Shown piece after piece: positions 33,732 to 43,298 of a stretch of 64,000 nt of DNA. The notes under the pieces were generated by a model that was not told the DNA's origin, ran no database searches, and saw only the letters and a program-made list of their open reading frames with translations. Every line of letters begins with the position of its first letter. Positions within the stretch are counted from its first letter, which is position 1. The translations under genes were made by a program, and so were the position numbers. This stretch comes from Bacillota bacterium (GTDB lineage Bacteria > Bacillota > Bacilli > Alicyclobacillales > SLC66): NCBI GenBank assembly GCA_021821085.1, contig JAKACV010000004.1, positions 27,543 through 91,542 of the forward strand. Reading direction: 5' to 3'.

Positions 33732-34603
33732 ACAAAGAACCAAGGCCGCATCAAACACAAGATCCCTTCGTGCGATTTATCAAAACGCCCAAAGGAATGG
33801 TCATGGCGCTTCTTATTTTGCTCACACTCATTGGGGCGTTACGCCCACAAGACCACTTCGCATTAGTGAATGCCCTGCTGGCCGTTGTGACTGCGCTTAT
33901 CCTCGACGGCATAGTTGCCCTGTTTCATCACCGCAAGAAGCTCTTTTCAGACGGGGCGGTCATTACCGCACTCATTGTGGCGGATGTGCTCAGCCACATG
34001 ACGCCACTCTACATCATCATCGCGACAACTGCTGTGGCGCTTATGTCCAAACATCTATTGAAGATAGGACGCAAGCCAATTTTCAACCCTGCAGCGTTTG
34101 GATTGCTCTTTGCAATCGTGGCGTTTGGCACAGGCCAAAGCTGGTGGGGGAGTTTGGCGCTATTGCCCACATGGTCTATCATCTTACTGCTTGTAGCGGG
34201 GGTTTATATCACACAACGGGTCAATAAATTCCCCCTAGTGTTAACCTTTCTTGGCACGTACTTCATCCTTTTACTCGCGATGGCGATCATGCACCTCGGC
34301 CTGCCATCCGATACACCGGGCGATGCACTGCGTGTACCATTCGTAAACTCTGCGCTCTATCTCGCCTTCTTTATGTTGACAGATCCCCCAACTTCGCCTG
34401 CGCCATACCGCCACCAAGTTTTCTTCGGCGCGATCGCAGCAGGTGTCGGAACAGTCATCTTCGCAACAAGCGGAGGACTCGCCTACCCTCTGATTGGTCT
34501 ATTGACAGGGAACGCATGGAAGGCAACTTTACATTGGCTGACAAAACTAGAAACTCGCCGTAGTTATCCTGAAACCTATGAACAAGGCCGCGCAAATCAG
34601 TAA
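33728..34603 (+). CDS. NqrB/RnfD-family integral membrane protein (short form)
   Basis: 291 aa. LFSDGAVITALIVA...K.L.KIGRKPIFNPAAFGLLF matches the RnfD/NqrB core pattern DGSA..TGLL...K..FGG.G.N.FNPA. The start overlaps the apbE stop (ATGA). Confidence 0.55.
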   Translation: MNKEPRPHQTQDPFVRFIKTPKGMVMALLILLTLIGALRPQDHFALVNALLAVVTALILDGIVALFHHRKKLFSDGAVITALIVADVLSHMTPLYIIIATTAVALMSKHLLKIGRKPIFNPAAFGLLFAIVAFGTGQSWWGSLALLPTWSIILLLVAGVYITQRVNKFPLVLTFLGTYFILLLAMAIMHLGLPSDTPGDALRVPFVNSALYLAFFMLTDPPTSPAPYRHQVFFGAIAAGVGTVIFATSGGLAYPLIGLLTGNAWKATLHWLTKLETRRSYPETYEQGRANQ

Positions 34604-34612
34604 CCTACGAAT

Positions 34613-34656
34613 GCTGCGCATGGCTTTATACGGACAGGAATCAATCCATGCGCAGC
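34613..34656. terminator. Hairpin between convergent genes (11-bp stem)
   Basis: GCTGCGCATGG pairs with CCATGCGCAGC across a 22-nt loop. Confidence 0.4.
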
Positions 34657-34691
34657 TTCCTTCAAAAGAGAAAAAAGATAATTATCCCGGT

Positions 34692-35303
34692 TCACACTTT
34701 TTTCAGTTGCCGTTCTTGCATCAATTGTGCAACTTCCTGTGCGTTCGCATCTGGGGAAGCGCTGAGCTTTGAGATAATGCGCTGCTGAATCTCTACCGAT
34801 TTATTTTGGCTCAATTTAGCCTGACCTTCCATCCCTGTGATCTCAATGCGAAATCCAACGATTCCCTTCATCATATTGCGATAAAATGGTTCATCCGCAT
34901 GAGTGGACAACTCTGATGCTGGTTCGTAAAATTGCACCGATTTGTCTAAGATCGCCGCCAATTCTTCTTCGCTCTGCACAATGGTACACGTACCGACCAC
35001 GTGTACTGCCGTGTAGTTCCACGTCGGAACGGAGGCAGGAATTTCATACCACGAAGGCGAGATGTACGTATGGGGTCCAGAAAATACGACAAGTCCTGTT
35101 TTTTTATTTAAAGTTTGACATTGCGAATTAGCTCGCGCCATATGCGCGAGTAGAACATTCTCTTTTGCATCATAGTAAAAGGGCAAATGTGTCGCCACCG
35201 GTTTCCCCTCATGCTGCGTAAACAAAATGCCAAAACTGTACGTCTGAATGAATTGCACCACTTCGTCCGGAACACTCATTTGATATGAACGCGGAATGTA
35301 CAC
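34692..35303 (-). CDS. PaiB-family FMN-binding transcriptional regulator-like protein
   Basis: ORF 34692..35324. I prefer GTG 35303, giving (M)YIPRSYQMS, the usual PaiB N-terminus. GAGGAG lies 9 nt upstream. Confidence 0.7.
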   Translation of the reverse strand: MYIPRSYQMSVPDEVVQFIQTYSFGILFTQHEGKPVATHLPFYYDAKENVLLAHMARANSQCQTLNKKTGLVVFSGPHTYISPSWYEIPASVPTWNYTAVHVVGTCTIVQSEEELAAILDKSVQFYEPASELSTHADEPFYRNMMKGIVGFRIEITGMEGQAKLSQNKSVEIQQRIISKLSASPDANAQEVAQLMQERQLKKV

Positions 35304-35420
35304 TTTTCCCATCTCCTCTCTCACCTTACTGGATCATAGCGCAAATTCCATCATCAAAGCACAGAGTGTATGATATACTAAGATATATAGACAACAAAAG
35401 AATACGTAGGGAGTGATCGT

Positions 35421-35810
35421 ATGAGTCTCTTTGATTCGTTAAAAAGCAAGACATCCCATGGCGTTTCAAAAGCGTTGTCAAACACTGAAAAGGCATTAAG
35501 AAAAGCAGAGATCAACCGCCAAATTGCAAAATCAAGAGATGAACTGGACGCACTGTGTCTTCAGTTTGGTCGCATCGTGCATCATGCGGGCGTGGCGGCT
35601 GAAGCTGAAGTGCGTTCATTTCTTGAATCAACTCACGCGATTGAAGTTGCAATCGCAGAGAATCTAGACAAAGTTAAAGATCTAGAAGAAACAAATGATC
35701 GCGAGGGAGATGAAACGTTCACAAAGACACTTTGTGCTCACTGCGGAGCTGAGATTCTCCCTACACAAAAGTTTTGCGGCGGCTGTGGCGTCACGCTGCA
35801 CAGCAATTAA
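35421..35810 (+). CDS. Zinc-ribbon domain protein with an N-terminal helical region
   Basis: C-terminal CAHCGAEILPTQKFCGGCG. Confidence 0.5.
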   Translation: MSLFDSLKSKTSHGVSKALSNTEKALRKAEINRQIAKSRDELDALCLQFGRIVHHAGVAAEAEVRSFLESTHAIEVAIAENLDKVKDLEETNDREGDETFTKTLCAHCGAEILPTQKFCGGCGVTLHSN

Positions 35811-35815
35811 CGCTC

Positions 35816-37312
35816 TTATGTCTTCTCATGTCGTTGCAATTCCTCCAGTAGTTTGCGCTTCATGACTTTCCCTCCTGCATTCTTTGGAAGCTCACTGCGA
35901 CTCCATATCTGCCGTGGGCGTTTGTAGCCAGAGAGTTGTTCATGTAAAAAACGACGAAGTGCGACTTCTTGTGCTCCGCTGTCTATGCCTTTTTCCCACA
36001 CGACAACGCACACAGGAATCTGGCCCAACACGGAGTCAGGAATACCAAATGCACATGCTTCTCGTACACCTGGATACACAAGCGCTACGCGTTCAATCTC
36101 AGATGGATAGAGATTCACTCCACCGCAAATGATGAGATCGGAGGAGCGCCCAGTCAGATAGAGATATCCCTTTTCATCGATGTAACCAAGATCACCCGAT
36201 GCCTTCCATCCATCCGAACGTTCGATTTGTTTCTGCAAATCGTGATCAGCCTTGGCGTACCCGCTAAACCCCATGCCGCTCTTCACCTGAATTTCACCGT
36301 TCACGACGCGTACTTGTGCTGGGAAAAACGGCAATCCGACAGATTGCGCATAGGTTTCATCGTCTATAGACGGACAGACTGAGACAAACCCCACTTCAGA
36401 CGATCCAAAGTATTCATAGAATGTGGCGTGCGGATAGGTGCTACACCATTCCACGCGCGTTTGAACGGGGAGCTTATCTCCCGCCGAGATACAGGTGATC
36501 GCGGCATCGGTCGCCCATTCGGGCCGTGCGCGACACACATCAAGCACGGAGCGATACATCGTCGGAACCATAAAGACAGCACTTATGTCTGCGAATTTGA
36601 TTCGTTTTGCCGTGAAATCCGGATCAAAGTGGCGCAAAAGCTCTACTGTACCCCCGACAAAAAGCACGTGAAGGGCCGCAATCAACGAGGCGGAATAATA
36701 GAGGGGCCCTGGTACGAGCAATGTACTTGTGCCACTGATTCCAAATTCGAGTGTCATCCCAAAGAAGCTCTCCGTCCACGACCGATGCGTGCGAAGCAAT
36801 CCTTTAGGTGCCCCCGTGGTACCGGAAGAATACCCCACATAAAATATATCTTCATCTGACAACCCTGCGTCTAGGGTCCTATCTTCATATGGCAAAGTAG
36901 ACTCAGACTCCGTAGGCTTTTGTACACAGAGATCCTTGAGCCATATGCCAGTGAACGTTTTTGCAAGGTCCCTTGTCACAATGAGTTGCTGATCATCCTC
37001 GCGAATCACGCGCCACGGGTTCATCTGTTCGAGAATCTTCTCATTCTCTGCAGTTAAAAGGCGTGGATTGAGCGGTGCAACGACAAATCCTGCGTGAGCG
37101 AGCGAAAGAAACAGTTCAAGATAAGCGATGCTATTATGTAGATACAGTGCAACCACGTCACCTGGTTGCCCACCTAGCTCACGAAAAGCCTGACCGCAAT
37201 TCAATACAGCTGCCGCTAGTTCTCCATATGTCCGCTCTTCTTGATCCATGCGAAGTGCAACGGCGAAAGGGTCACGCCTTGCCTTCCATAACACCCCATC
37301 TGCAATGCGCAT
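35816..37312 (-). CDS. AMP-dependent acyl-CoA synthetase/ligase
   Basis: AMP-binding motif YSSGTTGAPKG and a C-terminal GGKVMKRKL block. Start set at ATG 37312. Confidence 0.85.
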   Translation of the reverse strand: MRIADGVLWKARRDPFAVALRMDQEERTYGELAAAVLNCGQAFRELGGQPGDVVALYLHNSIAYLELFLSLAHAGFVVAPLNPRLLTAENEKILEQMNPWRVIREDDQQLIVTRDLAKTFTGIWLKDLCVQKPTESESTLPYEDRTLDAGLSDEDIFYVGYSSGTTGAPKGLLRTHRSWTESFFGMTLEFGISGTSTLLVPGPLYYSASLIAALHVLFVGGTVELLRHFDPDFTAKRIKFADISAVFMVPTMYRSVLDVCRARPEWATDAAITCISAGDKLPVQTRVEWCSTYPHATFYEYFGSSEVGFVSVCPSIDDETYAQSVGLPFFPAQVRVVNGEIQVKSGMGFSGYAKADHDLQKQIERSDGWKASGDLGYIDEKGYLYLTGRSSDLIICGGVNLYPSEIERVALVYPGVREACAFGIPDSVLGQIPVCVVVWEKGIDSGAQEVALRRFLHEQLSGYKRPRQIWSRSELPKNAGGKVMKRKLLEELQRHEKT

Positions 37313-37314
37313 GT

Positions 37315-38487
37315 CTATAGCTTCACCCATTCCCACAATGTTGCAACACCCAATCCGCCGCCCACCCCCATCGTGGTCAGACCAAAACGTCCGCCTCGAC
37401 GCATTATTTCATGAAACAGATGTGTGACCAACATCGCCCCTGACGCTCCATACGGATGGCCTAAGGCGATAGCTCCCCCGTTCACATTGACCCTATCAAT
37501 AGGAAGGGCAAGTGTACCGACACAGGCGACTACTTGTGCCGCAAACGCTTCATTGAATTCGATGAGATCGATGTCGCCAATAACTTTACCACATCGATGT
37601 AAGAGCTGTTCGACAGCCGGAATCGGACCAGCACCAAGATAGTTTGGATCCACCCCAACGACGACCGAATCGACGTAACGCAGCCCTTCTGTATAACCAA
37701 GTTCCCGCGCCAATGACTTTGCGAGCAGTAAAACAGCACTCGCGCCGTCATTGATCCCACACGCATTCCCAGCCGTTACCGTACCTCCATCAAGGAAGAC
37801 AGGTTGCAAACACCCGAGTTTTTCAATCGTCGTCGTTTTACGCGGACCCTCATCTTCTGTACACATCTGTTTGGCACCGAGTGGTACAGGGACGATCTCC
37901 ACCGTGCATTTTCCTGCCTCTTGCGCTGCCACGGCGCGCTGATGACTCATAAGCGCCCACTCATCTTGCATCTCACGCGTAACGCCAAATTTTCGCGCAA
38001 CATTTTCTGCTGCGATTCCCATATCCGGATCACCAATGTGTTCAGGCGCAAAACGCGCGCGCGGATAGACTTGCGGCATTTCCCGGTACATCTGACGCGG
38101 TTTCTCCAATTTCCACGGCGCGCGACTCGAACTCTCCACCCCACCGGCAAGATAGGTCTTGCCATGTCCCGAGCGAATCGCTTGCGCCGCTAAGTGAATC
38201 GCTTGTAATCCGGAGCCGCATTGCATGTCAACCGTGTATCCCGGAACGTGAAGCGGCAAGCCTGCTGCAAGCAGCGAGAGGCGTGCGACGTTGCCACCTG
38301 GACCGATGACGTTTCCAAGCACCACATTGTCCACGAGAATCGGGTCAAGGGCGCTCTTTGTGATCAGCTCAGTCAGCACTGTGGCCGCCAAAACCTCCAC
38401 GTTCACTTCACACAGCGCACCGCCAACTTTGCCTACAGCCGTACGTTTTGCCTGTACGACAATCGCTTCGCGCTCTTCGCTCATCAT
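37315..38487 (-). CDS. Acetyl-CoA C-acetyltransferase / thiolase
   Basis: VDMQCGSGL (active-site Cys), NACGINDGASAV and GGAIALGHPYGASGA. Start set at ATG 38487 (MMSEERE). Confidence 0.9.
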   Translation of the reverse strand: MMSEEREAIVVQAKRTAVGKVGGALCEVNVEVLAATVLTELITKSALDPILVDNVVLGNVIGPGGNVARLSLLAAGLPLHVPGYTVDMQCGSGLQAIHLAAQAIRSGHGKTYLAGGVESSSRAPWKLEKPRQMYREMPQVYPRARFAPEHIGDPDMGIAAENVARKFGVTREMQDEWALMSHQRAVAAQEAGKCTVEIVPVPLGAKQMCTEDEGPRKTTTIEKLGCLQPVFLDGGTVTAGNACGINDGASAVLLLAKSLARELGYTEGLRYVDSVVVGVDPNYLGAGPIPAVEQLLHRCGKVIGDIDLIEFNEAFAAQVVACVGTLALPIDRVNVNGGAIALGHPYGASGAMLVTHLFHEIMRRGGRFGLTTMGVGGGLGVATLWEWVKL

Positions 38488-39440
38488 AACTCGCTCTTTT
38501 GGATATGATTCATGACACTCTGCGCAGTTTTCATCATTTCCTGAATCAATTCTGCCACCGTTGGCACCCCGTGAATGAGTCCCATACATTGCCCTGCCCA
38601 TGCAAATCCATCATCCATTTTCCCATCAATAATCGCAAGGCGATTGCGCTCGCCTGTAATGAACGGCCACAACTCCTCCATCGTGGCGCCCTTTTGTTCT
38701 TCTTCAAGAATTTGTGTAACCCAAGGGGATGGCAAAACGCGCCCAGGAGCGCCAAGCGTTCGCTTAATCACCACGGTATCTGTCTCTTGCCCGTTCATCA
38801 GAGCCTCTTTATACGCTCTATGGGCGATACACTCTTTTGTCGCAATAAAGCGAGTCCCCATCTCAATTCCTTCTGCGCCAAGCGCAAGCGCCGCTAGAAA
38901 TCCGCGACCGTCTGCGATCCCCCCACTGCCGATAACTGGAATGGACACCGAGTCAACCACGCTTGGGATGAGAACGATCGTTCCCGTATCTGCCCGCCCG
39001 ATGTGCCCACCGCCCTCTTGTCCAACTGCAATGACTGCATCTGCACCTAAAGATTCAGCCTTCTGAGCTTGCCGAACAGTGCTCACCAGAACTAGTTTCT
39101 TCACCCTTGTATTCGCCAATCTGCGCAAGATCGGCTCCGGATTCCCTCCTGTGAGCGAAATGGCTGAGACCTCTTCTTCGAGAACTACATCCACGAATTC
39201 GTCGCTTGATTTATGTTGGCCAATGGCGATATTCACCCCAAAAGGCTGCTTTGTGGCCGCTTTCGTCTTATGAATCTCTGCACGCAGCGCCTCTGGTGTC
39301 GCAAGCGATGTAGCTGTGATTTGGCCTAACCCACCTGCATTTGAGACTACTGCTGCAAGTTCAGCATATGCTAGATTCGCTAACCCACCTTGAATAATCG
39401 GATAGGTAATTTCTAATTGTTCTGTGATACGAGTTTTCAT
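38484..39440 (-). CDS. Nitronate monooxygenase / FabK-like FMN-dependent oxidoreductase (NMO family)
   Basis: ITYPIIQGGLANLAYAELAAVVSNAGGLG and VIGSGGIADGRG. Confidence 0.8.
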   Translation of the reverse strand: MKTRITEQLEITYPIIQGGLANLAYAELAAVVSNAGGLGQITATSLATPEALRAEIHKTKAATKQPFGVNIAIGQHKSSDEFVDVVLEEEVSAISLTGGNPEPILRRLANTRVKKLVLVSTVRQAQKAESLGADAVIAVGQEGGGHIGRADTGTIVLIPSVVDSVSIPVIGSGGIADGRGFLAALALGAEGIEMGTRFIATKECIAHRAYKEALMNGQETDTVVIKRTLGAPGRVLPSPWVTQILEEEQKGATMEELWPFITGERNRLAIIDGKMDDGFAWAGQCMGLIHGVPTVAELIQEMMKTAQSVMNHIQKSEL

Positions 39441-39678
39441 CCCACTCCCACATCCTTTTTATGCAAGCTTTTGATGTAAGAATACCTCATTTAGCTCAGG
39501 AGCACTACAGTGGCTACCTCGAAAAATTGAGGTTGTTTAAGGAGATTGACAAAGAGATTGACGTAGATTTATTTATAAGCAAAAATTGAACCAATTGCTT
39601 TTTCTGCACGTCTATCCTAATAGAGCGCTCAAATTGGGACAGGATAGCTATAGATTGATACGAATGGGGAATCGTGAG

Positions 39679-40323
39679 ATGAACGTTATTCACCTGATTG
39701 AAACGTTTCGCTATGTAGGATTGTTTATCTTACTGGCGCTAGAGTATTTTATTTTGATTGTTCCAGGTGAAACGGAATTAACAACAGCGGGAATCTTGTC
39801 AAAAACCCCCGCATATCATCTGAATCCGGTTCTCATCATTCTAGCGGCTGGATTAGGCACATTTACGGGAGCGATGATTGCCTACGCAATCGGACGACTC
39901 TTGGGTCGGAAATTTCTCTTGAAATACGGTAAATACGTGTTACTGACGCCAAAGAGGCTTGAACAGAGTGAGCAGTTATTCCAGAAGTACACCATTATTA
40001 CTCTGGTAATCTCCCGCTTTATCGCAGTTATACGCGACATCACACCGTATGTTGCAGGCATCAATCGAGTCCGGCTCGTCGTCTATGTTCCTGTGATTTT
40101 TCTCTCCTCCTTTCTTTGGACGACCACTTTCGTCTTTTTTGGCGGACTGATCGTTAAAGCGTGGGGCTATATCAGTCAACACTGGCACAGCGAGTTAGTT
40201 CCCATCGTGGTCGGCGTTGCAGTCCTCATTTTCCTCTACTTTTACGTGCACCACATGATTAAAAAATCGATTGAACGCCTCACAACGACTCCAGACAAAA
40301 GTGAAAACGACACGCTGACTTGA
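39679..40323 (+). CDS. DedA-family (SNARE-associated) membrane protein
   Basis: ORF 39586..40323. IVPGETELTTAG and ISRFIAVIRDITPYVAGI are DedA hallmarks. Start set at ATG 39679. Confidence 0.8.
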   Translation: MNVIHLIETFRYVGLFILLALEYFILIVPGETELTTAGILSKTPAYHLNPVLIILAAGLGTFTGAMIAYAIGRLLGRKFLLKYGKYVLLTPKRLEQSEQLFQKYTIITLVISRFIAVIRDITPYVAGINRVRLVVYVPVIFLSSFLWTTTFVFFGGLIVKAWGYISQHWHSELVPIVVGVAVLIFLYFYVHHMIKKSIERLTTTPDKSENDTLT

Positions 40324-40366
40324 TTCCCCATCCACATGCTCATGGACGAAGATAGCCCACATGCGG

Positions 40367-40790
40367 TTACCTTCGTCCATGAGCCATCTGAATCGATGCT
40401 TTGTCCCTACGCAATCTCATCATCGCAATGATGGCCACAAGCGGTCCGATGGCCAGTATACTAAATACATGTGCTCAGCCAACCGTTCCCTCTAAACTCC
40501 CAACAAGGTTGATTGATCCGATCGTCAGAAGAAAACCAACTGCCATTTGTACGGTAAGCGCGCTTCCTTTACGATCTGCTGGACTGAGTTCCGCCACGTC
40601 CACATGGCGTAAAGTTCCCACATATGGCCCCAGTACCCGACATTTGCAAGCATCACGGGACGATCGCGAAATACCGCGCCAACGCTGCCCCAAACAAAGC
40701 GATCCATCGCAAGTGAGACGCGGATGAAGCGCCCGATGCACCCAAAGGCTGTGCTCCTTCTTCTGGCATGGACACACTCCCTAAGCAGTT
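40367..40790 (-). pseudogene. Fragment of an MFS transporter gene (C-terminal part, frameshifted, one in-frame stop)
   Basis: Three reading frames each carry a piece: ...AVFRDRPVMLANVGYWGHMWELYAMWTW, then TVQMAVGFLLTIGSINLVGSLEGTVG-stop, then AHVFSILAIGPLVAIIAMMRLRRD... About 420 bp remain where roughly 1.2 kb would be expected. It abuts MITE copy C. Confidence 0.6.
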
Positions 40791-40878
40791 TTATGCCAAT
40801 AAAGCAGACTGATGCAGATACCTGTGCACTGACAGTAATTCTTCCTTACTCAGTCCACCGCAATTACTTCCGTTCCTC

Positions 40879-41045
40879 TTTAAGAGGTTGTTCAAAAAGG
40901 GTCGAGAACTCTGCGGCGCAGGGCTTCGGCTTGTGCTGGACATGCGTGCTCATGTACCACCTATCATACACTCCGCGCACATGTCCAGACTTCACCAAAC
41001 CCCTGCTTGCATCTTACCTCAACCCTTTTTGAACAGGCTCTTTAA
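40879..41045 (-). mobile_element. MITE-like element, copy C (157-bp core 40884-41040, inverted relative to A and B, flanked by TTTAA direct repeats)
   Basis: The reverse complement of the core aligns end to end with copy A with 3 mismatches by my count. TTTAA occurs at 40879-40883 and 41041-41045. Confidence 0.8.
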
Positions 41046-41319
41046 GTGTCCCTTTTAACCGTCAGCTTTTTTCCCTCCATCGTGATCAGTCCCTCTTCGC
41101 TGATAAATTTACCCTCAGCAATCAACGCGACTTCATCGTACACAAAGTAATCTTTGCGAAACGATCTCACGCTCCAATTCACCTGTAGGCGTTCACGTCC
41201 TGCTCAGGAATATCAGAAAAGGACGTGACCACAGATAGACCCGCTCGCATCATCCCGCTACTTACACTCACCCCGCTCCTGTTGTGAGTTGGTAATGAGT
41301 GTAGATACATACTCATTCA

Positions 41320-41787
41320 TTATCCGCGATTAAAGTAAAATGGCAGATTCTCTACACCACACAAACGAGCATAGACAAATAACTGCCCTTTATGGTGAAT
41401 TTCATGTTCGCGCATAGATTCAATGATCTGCATTCCTGTTAAATTAACTCCAAAAACGCTACTTGTATTCACTTCTGAAGTCAATTGTTCGTTTGTTAGT
41501 GCTTTGAAAATTTCTGTCGTGCGCTTCGTGGCTTCCCCTATCACTTCCCGCAACTGTTTCATGCTAGTCACTTGTACGGCAGGCTCTGGTTTCGCAATCT
41601 GTCCTGTTGCCACTGCTTGTACAAACCACTCACCAACTCCGACAATATGTAGTGCTACCTGCGCATATGTCCATGCACCTTCCCACGGAGTATAATCCTG
41701 ACTGCCTTCTGGGGTCACGTCGACAAGAGATACGAGCGCATCTCGATGACGCAACCACGCTTGAACAAGTGAATCTACCTGTTTCAT
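41320..41787 (-). CDS. DinB-family protein
   Basis: 155 aa four-helix-bundle type with His-containing motifs (ALHIVGVGEW, REHEIHHKGQ). Confidence 0.75.
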   Translation of the reverse strand: MKQVDSLVQAWLRHRDALVSLVDVTPEGSQDYTPWEGAWTYAQVALHIVGVGEWFVQAVATGQIAKPEPAVQVTSMKQLREVIGEATKRTTEIFKALTNEQLTSEVNTSSVFGVNLTGMQIIESMREHEIHHKGQLFVYARLCGVENLPFYFNRG

Positions 41788-41949
41788 TTAGAAACCTCCT
41801 CATAAAAACTATATTAAGTACAGTAAATAATAATAGATCAGTCAACGGACATGCTAGCCACCCCGCCACAAACCTGTATAATAAAATGATCAATTGATAC
41901 GGGAGATTGCTCATTTATTGAGGAATCGTTGTACAGGGGGTAACTCGCA

Positions 41950-43149
41950 TTGAATAAAAGCGGACTAGCAGGGGCTAGTATAGCCATCGGCGTAATCGCC
42001 ATCATGTTAGGGGCCACTTACGTGGGATGGAAAATCGTGACTGGACTACATCCAACCTCCATACCGATTGCAGTACAATCAACTAGCGCAACTCTCGCGA
42101 ACCAAAATGTGGATCCTGGTGCGCCTTTGGGCGGAAGAGCGGCTCCGGATTTTTCCTTGATTAATCAGTTTGGGAAGCCCGTCTCGCTACTGAGCATGCG
42201 TGGAAAAACGGTAGTATTGGCCTTTATTAATAGTGATGGACAAACGGTTAGCCCGCTGATGGCGATCGTGTTAAAGAACTTTTTGTACGATCTACGATCG
42301 TATCGACCTGACGTACAGGTCATCGCGGTCAATGCAAATCCTGTTGCAACAGGCGTATCCACTGTTTATAACTGGTCATCCACTCATAAAATGCTTACTG
42401 ATTGGCAATTTCTTACTGGTTCAAGTACAGATCTCAAACGCGTATGGCAACACTATGCGGTTTCAAGCCAAATCATTAACGGCTCCTTAATCGAAGATAC
42501 TCCGGCAATCTACGTCATTAGTCCGAGCGGCAAGGAGCAGTGGCTCTACTTGAACAGTAACTCTGCGCAGGCTCCGATCATTGCGGCACAAGTACAGGAA
42601 CTCATGAATCATGTAGCTCCTCTCTTGCCAGGCCATGTATCACCACAGCAGTTCGCCCCTGCACGCGAACTTGAGTATCTCCCACAAGGGATTGGCCCAT
42701 CTTCATCTCCCGCTCGCTCTTTTACATTACCTGCGTTGATTCCAACTCATAGTGGTGCCACGATCGCGCAAAGCACCGTTTCCGTCGGGCGAGATACCCG
42801 ACCTATTTTGCTCGAGTTTTTTGCTACATGGTGTCCTGATTGTCAAGAAGAGGTCCCTGCACTTCGGCAATATGCAAGTTATACAAAAACGCATGCTACG
42901 TGGCCAGCGTTAGTCGCAGTCGATTTACGTCAATCAGAAAGCTCACTGCGTCATGTCGAACACTATATCACAGCACAACAGCTAAACTTCCCCGTGGCGT
43001 TGGACAATAAGGGGACTGTAAGCGATCTATACGGAGTAACAGGTCTCCCCACACAAGTGCTTGTATCAGGTAGTGGCCACATCTTATGGTATCATCAAGG
43101 GTTACTAAGCGCTACAAGTCTCATGCAACATGTGGGAAAAATAATCTGA
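41950..43149 (+). CDS. Membrane-anchored protein with two thioredoxin-fold (SCO/TlpA-like) domains
   Basis: TTG start after AGGGGG, then an N-terminal TM segment. Domain 1 has the SCO/TlpA layout but no Cys pair (VVLAFINSDGQTVSP). Domain 2 has FFATWCPDCQEE. Confidence 0.7.
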   Translation: MNKSGLAGASIAIGVIAIMLGATYVGWKIVTGLHPTSIPIAVQSTSATLANQNVDPGAPLGGRAAPDFSLINQFGKPVSLLSMRGKTVVLAFINSDGQTVSPLMAIVLKNFLYDLRSYRPDVQVIAVNANPVATGVSTVYNWSSTHKMLTDWQFLTGSSTDLKRVWQHYAVSSQIINGSLIEDTPAIYVISPSGKEQWLYLNSNSAQAPIIAAQVQELMNHVAPLLPGHVSPQQFAPARELEYLPQGIGPSSSPARSFTLPALIPTHSGATIAQSTVSVGRDTRPILLEFFATWCPDCQEEVPALRQYASYTKTHATWPALVAVDLRQSESSLRHVEHYITAQQLNFPVALDNKGTVSDLYGVTGLPTQVLVSGSGHILWYHQGLLSATSLMQHVGKII

Positions 43150-43170
43150 AATCCCGCATGAAACAGGAGA

Positions 43171-43203
43171 GTGCAGGTTATGCACATCTTGCATAACCTG
43201 CAC
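43171..43203 (+). terminator. Intrinsic terminator after the thioredoxin-fold gene
   Basis: GTGCAGGTTATGCA pairs with TGCATAACCTGCAC (14-bp stem) and is followed by TTCTGATT. Confidence 0.6.
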
Positions 43204-43298
43204 TTCTGATTAATTAACAGGAACTGTGTTACAGATTTAAGACACCTACCTACGACAGGCGCACAATTTTTCAAGTAATCACCATTGCCATTACAACC

